DNA of 64,000 bases, from NCBI GenBank assembly GCA_964036045.1, contig OZ038378.1, forward strand, positions 171,616,001-171,680,000, written 5' to 3'. The stretch comes from Eutreptiella sp. 'Long Island Sound 2002'. Taxonomy: Eukaryota > Protista > Euglenida. This document shows, piece after piece, positions 61,295-64,000 of this stretch. The translations under genes and the position numbers were made by a program. Under the pieces are notes generated by a model. The model saw nothing but the letters and a program-made list of their open reading frames with translations, did no database searches and was not told where the DNA came from. Position 1 is the stretch's first letter; the number at the start of each line of letters is the position of its first letter.

Positions 61295-61923
61295 AGGCTA
61301 AGTGTTTGCACTGCGTGCGCACTGCGTGTGCACTGCGTGCGCACTGCGTGCGCACTGCGTGCATATTGTGCACGCAGAGGCTAGGATACTCACCCAAGAA
61401 TACCTGTCACCTGTTCACTAGGGGGAAGACTGAAAGGTGTCAATACCATAGGGTTGGCCAGGTGTCCATCGATACTTGTGGTTGTAGTTATAACCAACAG
61501 CATCGTCGAAGAAGAACTGTCCGGTCCTGGTGTCGACTCGCCACCATCGAGTATCGGCGATCGAGAGCCTTCGAGCGACGATGACCACGTGGACTTCTTT
61601 GCAGTTGTGGACGTGGCCATACCGATCGATGATCTTGAGCATCTCGGTTCGAGAATCACCTTGAAGTCGACCAAGGTTTTGGTGCACGTACTATCTGTCC
61701 GGAAGAGTACTCTGCAGGGCGAATCGAACCGCCTCTACGGATACGAGGCTCGCTGCAGTGTCGACAATGACGACGTCGAGATCCGGGTCGTGTCGACTGT
61801 GTACACTTTGTCAATGGGCCTCTTCTAGGGGGAAATGGTTGACAATTCAAATATGCCACATCCTAAATGCTTGGGAAGCCAAAAAAACCCTGGTACGGAA
61901 CCAAAAACTTGTGAAAAGGAGCC
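61295..61923. mobile_element. Cassette-like repeat copy 1: conserved flanks around a ~420-bp unique insert
   Basis: Left block 61295-61413 matches 63344-63462. Right block 61840-61923 matches 63917-64000. The inserts show no visible similarity to each other. Confidence 0.75.
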
Positions 61924-62065
61924 AAAACTAGGGTTCGAGTATTTGCCGACATCCAAAACTTTGCACTGTGTGCGCACTGCGTGCATGGCATTCCCCAAAA
62001 ACATGTATTGGACCCAATATATTTGGGTTCCATGTGTTAAAGAACACATGAAAATATATTAAGGG

Positions 62066-62250
62066 CTACTCGGGAACCTCAATCTCACAAGTATGTTCAC
62101 GCATGCAACCTGAACACAAGTAAAGGCCACATGTGGAGCATTCGGAGGTGTCCCTTTTGCGGCAAACTTGGCAGAGATAGGTATCATCACCATCCTCATC
62201 AACCTCGGGAGCCTCTTCCTCTGCCCAAATGGAAGAAGGAATGTGTTCCC
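62066..62250 (-). pseudogene. Short ORF end with a Cys/His zinc-finger motif
   Basis: Reads ...EEEAPEVDEDGDDTYLCQVCRKRDTSECSTCGLYLCSGCMREHTCEIEVPE*, i.e. CxxC-x7-CxxC-x4-CxxC-x3-HxC. Confidence 0.5.
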
Positions 62251-63104
62251 ATGGGCCATAGGGCTGATACCGTTTTTGTCTCTGCAACATACATTGTGAA
62301 AAATGGAGAAGGATGTGTGTGTTGGCATGCAAGTCTTGATGTGACCCCAGCCAAATGTTGCGAACCACTCTCCAAGACTGAAATGTACAATGCCAACGGC
62401 ACACTATGACAAGGCTGTGTGGGTGCCCATGCCCATCATACACCCCAAAAACTATGTACCGGCAGTGGAAAATAGCCCACTTTTCATACAGCGCGCGCAC
62501 AGCGCACAGTGCGCCCCCTGAAGCACCATGCTCATATTTTGCACCATTGAAGCATCACGCTTATATTTGATGCTGATGAACCTGTCGCCAAGGGGCGAGG
62601 GGCCAACAACAACACCATCTACCATGTCCCCAGTGGACCGCGTGCACTTCAGGGGGTACCCAGGTGAAAGAAGAGGCATTCAGGATTGCGGGACAGGGAA
62701 TGGGAATCTTCCTGAGGAAAAAGGTACACAATTGGGCACTCAAAGTGGCACGGCACTGCACAAAACAAACTAAAACCCCATTTTGCACCGTAAAATTGAT
62801 GGTGCAAAAAATGACGGTTTCACCAGGAAGTGGTGCTTGGACAATGGCGGTGCTTGGACAAGGAGGGGGGGGGGTACATTGTGCAAGCAGCAAAGACACA
62901 GGAGAAACTCAATATCCAACCTTCTGAGTGAATTTGGAAAACAGAAAGTGACGGTTCCCTCACCCCCCCCCAGTTGCTGTTCAACGGCAGTTACTATTCA
63001 AGGGGGGCGGTTATGATGGTTCAGCGCAGTCCTTAAGAGAAAAAAAAACTGTTACGAAACGGCAGTGTTGCAAAAAAAAACTGCGTGTAACTCATGTGGT
63101 CAAC

Positions 63105-63312
63105 CATGGTTGGTGGTGATTGGCGGTTGGCGGTTGGCGGCGATTGTCGGTTGGTGGTTGGTGATTGGTGGTTGGTGGCGGTTGGCGGTGGTTGGTGGTT
63201 TGTGATTGGTGGTTGGTGGCGGTTGGCACTGGTTGGCGGTTGGCAGTTGGTCGCCGCTGGCGGCTGGCAGCAGTTGGGGGTTGGGGGTTGGTGGTGGTTT
63301 GGTGGTTGGTGG
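63105..63312. repeat. Degenerate (GGTTGGC/GGTTGGT)n G-rich tandem repeat
   Basis: Direct reading. Confidence 0.85.
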
Positions 63313-63343
63313 TCTCTCGGGGCGGTCCTTAAGGGCGGTCCTT

Positions 63344-64000
63344 AGGCCAAGTATTTGCACTGCGTGCGCACTGCGTGTGCACTGCGTGGGCACTGCGTGC
63401 GCACTGCGTGCATACTACGCACGCAGAGGCCGGGATACTCACCCAAGAATACCTGTCACCTGAGTGGTTGCACAGCGAAGCAGCAAAGCCCACATGAGAA
63501 TGACGAAACTGCCTTCAACTTGGTACTCCACCGTCCCTATGAACAAACCACTCAGCCTCGTAAAGTCCGCTTGCTTCGAGTGTTTCGGTGCCCGTGGCTT
63601 CGCTCTTGGAAGCGGATGAGGTGTCCCTTGACTCGGAGCGCGGGGAATGCGTTGTCCGTGGCCTCTTGGGTGATGGGGACCGCGAATAGGGTGAAGGGGA
63701 GGGCGGTGGTTATTCTGAGCGTGGACACGACACACTTGTTGATGGCGAGCGAGATCAGTGATGTGGTGGGGATGAAGGCCGTACCACAAACTCCTCAAGG
63801 TCCGCGGGCTATGTATGGCTACATCACCCCTGCCTTCTCGGGGTCCCAATAGTGGGGAGAGTTCAATATGGGGGATGGAAAATGGGTAAAAATGGTTGAC
63901 ATTGGGCAACAAAGGGTGACAATTCAAATGTGCCACATCCCAAATGCATGGGAAGCTAAAAAAAACCCAGTATGGAACCAAAAACTTGTCAAAAGGGGCC
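63344..64000. mobile_element. Cassette-like repeat copy 2 (runs off the window end)
   Basis: Same flanks as 61295-61923 around a different ~427-bp insert (63463-63889). Confidence 0.75.

Larger units (their letters stand above)
60707..62874. mobile_element. 2.17-kb TA-flanked TIR element carrying nested fragments (Pack-type)
   Basis: Perfect 19-bp TIR CCTTGTCCAAGCACCGCCA (60717-60735) / TGGCGGTGCTTGGACAAGG (62845-62863) plus C/G runs. TA at 60705-60706 and 62875-62876. No transposase seen inside. Confidence 0.8.

Noticed and set aside
61305-61365. 11-bp or 21-bp tandem repeats (also 14615-14760 and 63355-63412) as CRISPR arrays
   Set aside because: The repeats are contiguous with no unique spacers, there are no cas genes, and the context is eukaryotic.
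61454-61828. 124-aa plus-strand ORF as a gene
   Set aside because: Its V/D/E/G richness is what the antisense of C-ending codons produces. The minus strand looks like the original coding strand.

Overview
Eukaryotic, intron-rich genomic DNA dominated by repeats and decayed mobile elements. I found no rRNA, tRNA or CRISPR array. A euglenid-like protist origin is inferred, not shown; it rests on a spliced-leader-type acceptor just before an ATG, gag-YR retroelements in VIPER-like order, and the style of the histidine kinase and TPI. Two host genes can be assembled by hand from GT-AG introns with matching phases. (1) The 3' part of a + strand hybrid histidine kinase (atypical HATPase_c plus an intact receiver domain; exons 762-1008, 3300-3526, 6315-6827). 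(2) A - strand triosephosphate isomerase whose exons (32523-32379, 30306-30044, 29616-29395, 20577-20296) join in frame to a 303-aa protein with an N-terminal RIIa/Dpy-30-type dimerization/docking domain. This apparent AKAP-dockable glycolytic enzyme is the main finding. The rest is mobile or repetitive DNA: gag plus tyrosine-recombinase retroelement remnants (two copies both carry Cys at the catalytic Tyr position), a split-direct-repeat element, LINE remnants with RNase H, TA-flanked TIR elements with conserved ends and unrelated cargo, a 119-bp-arm foldback, and mini- and microsatellites.
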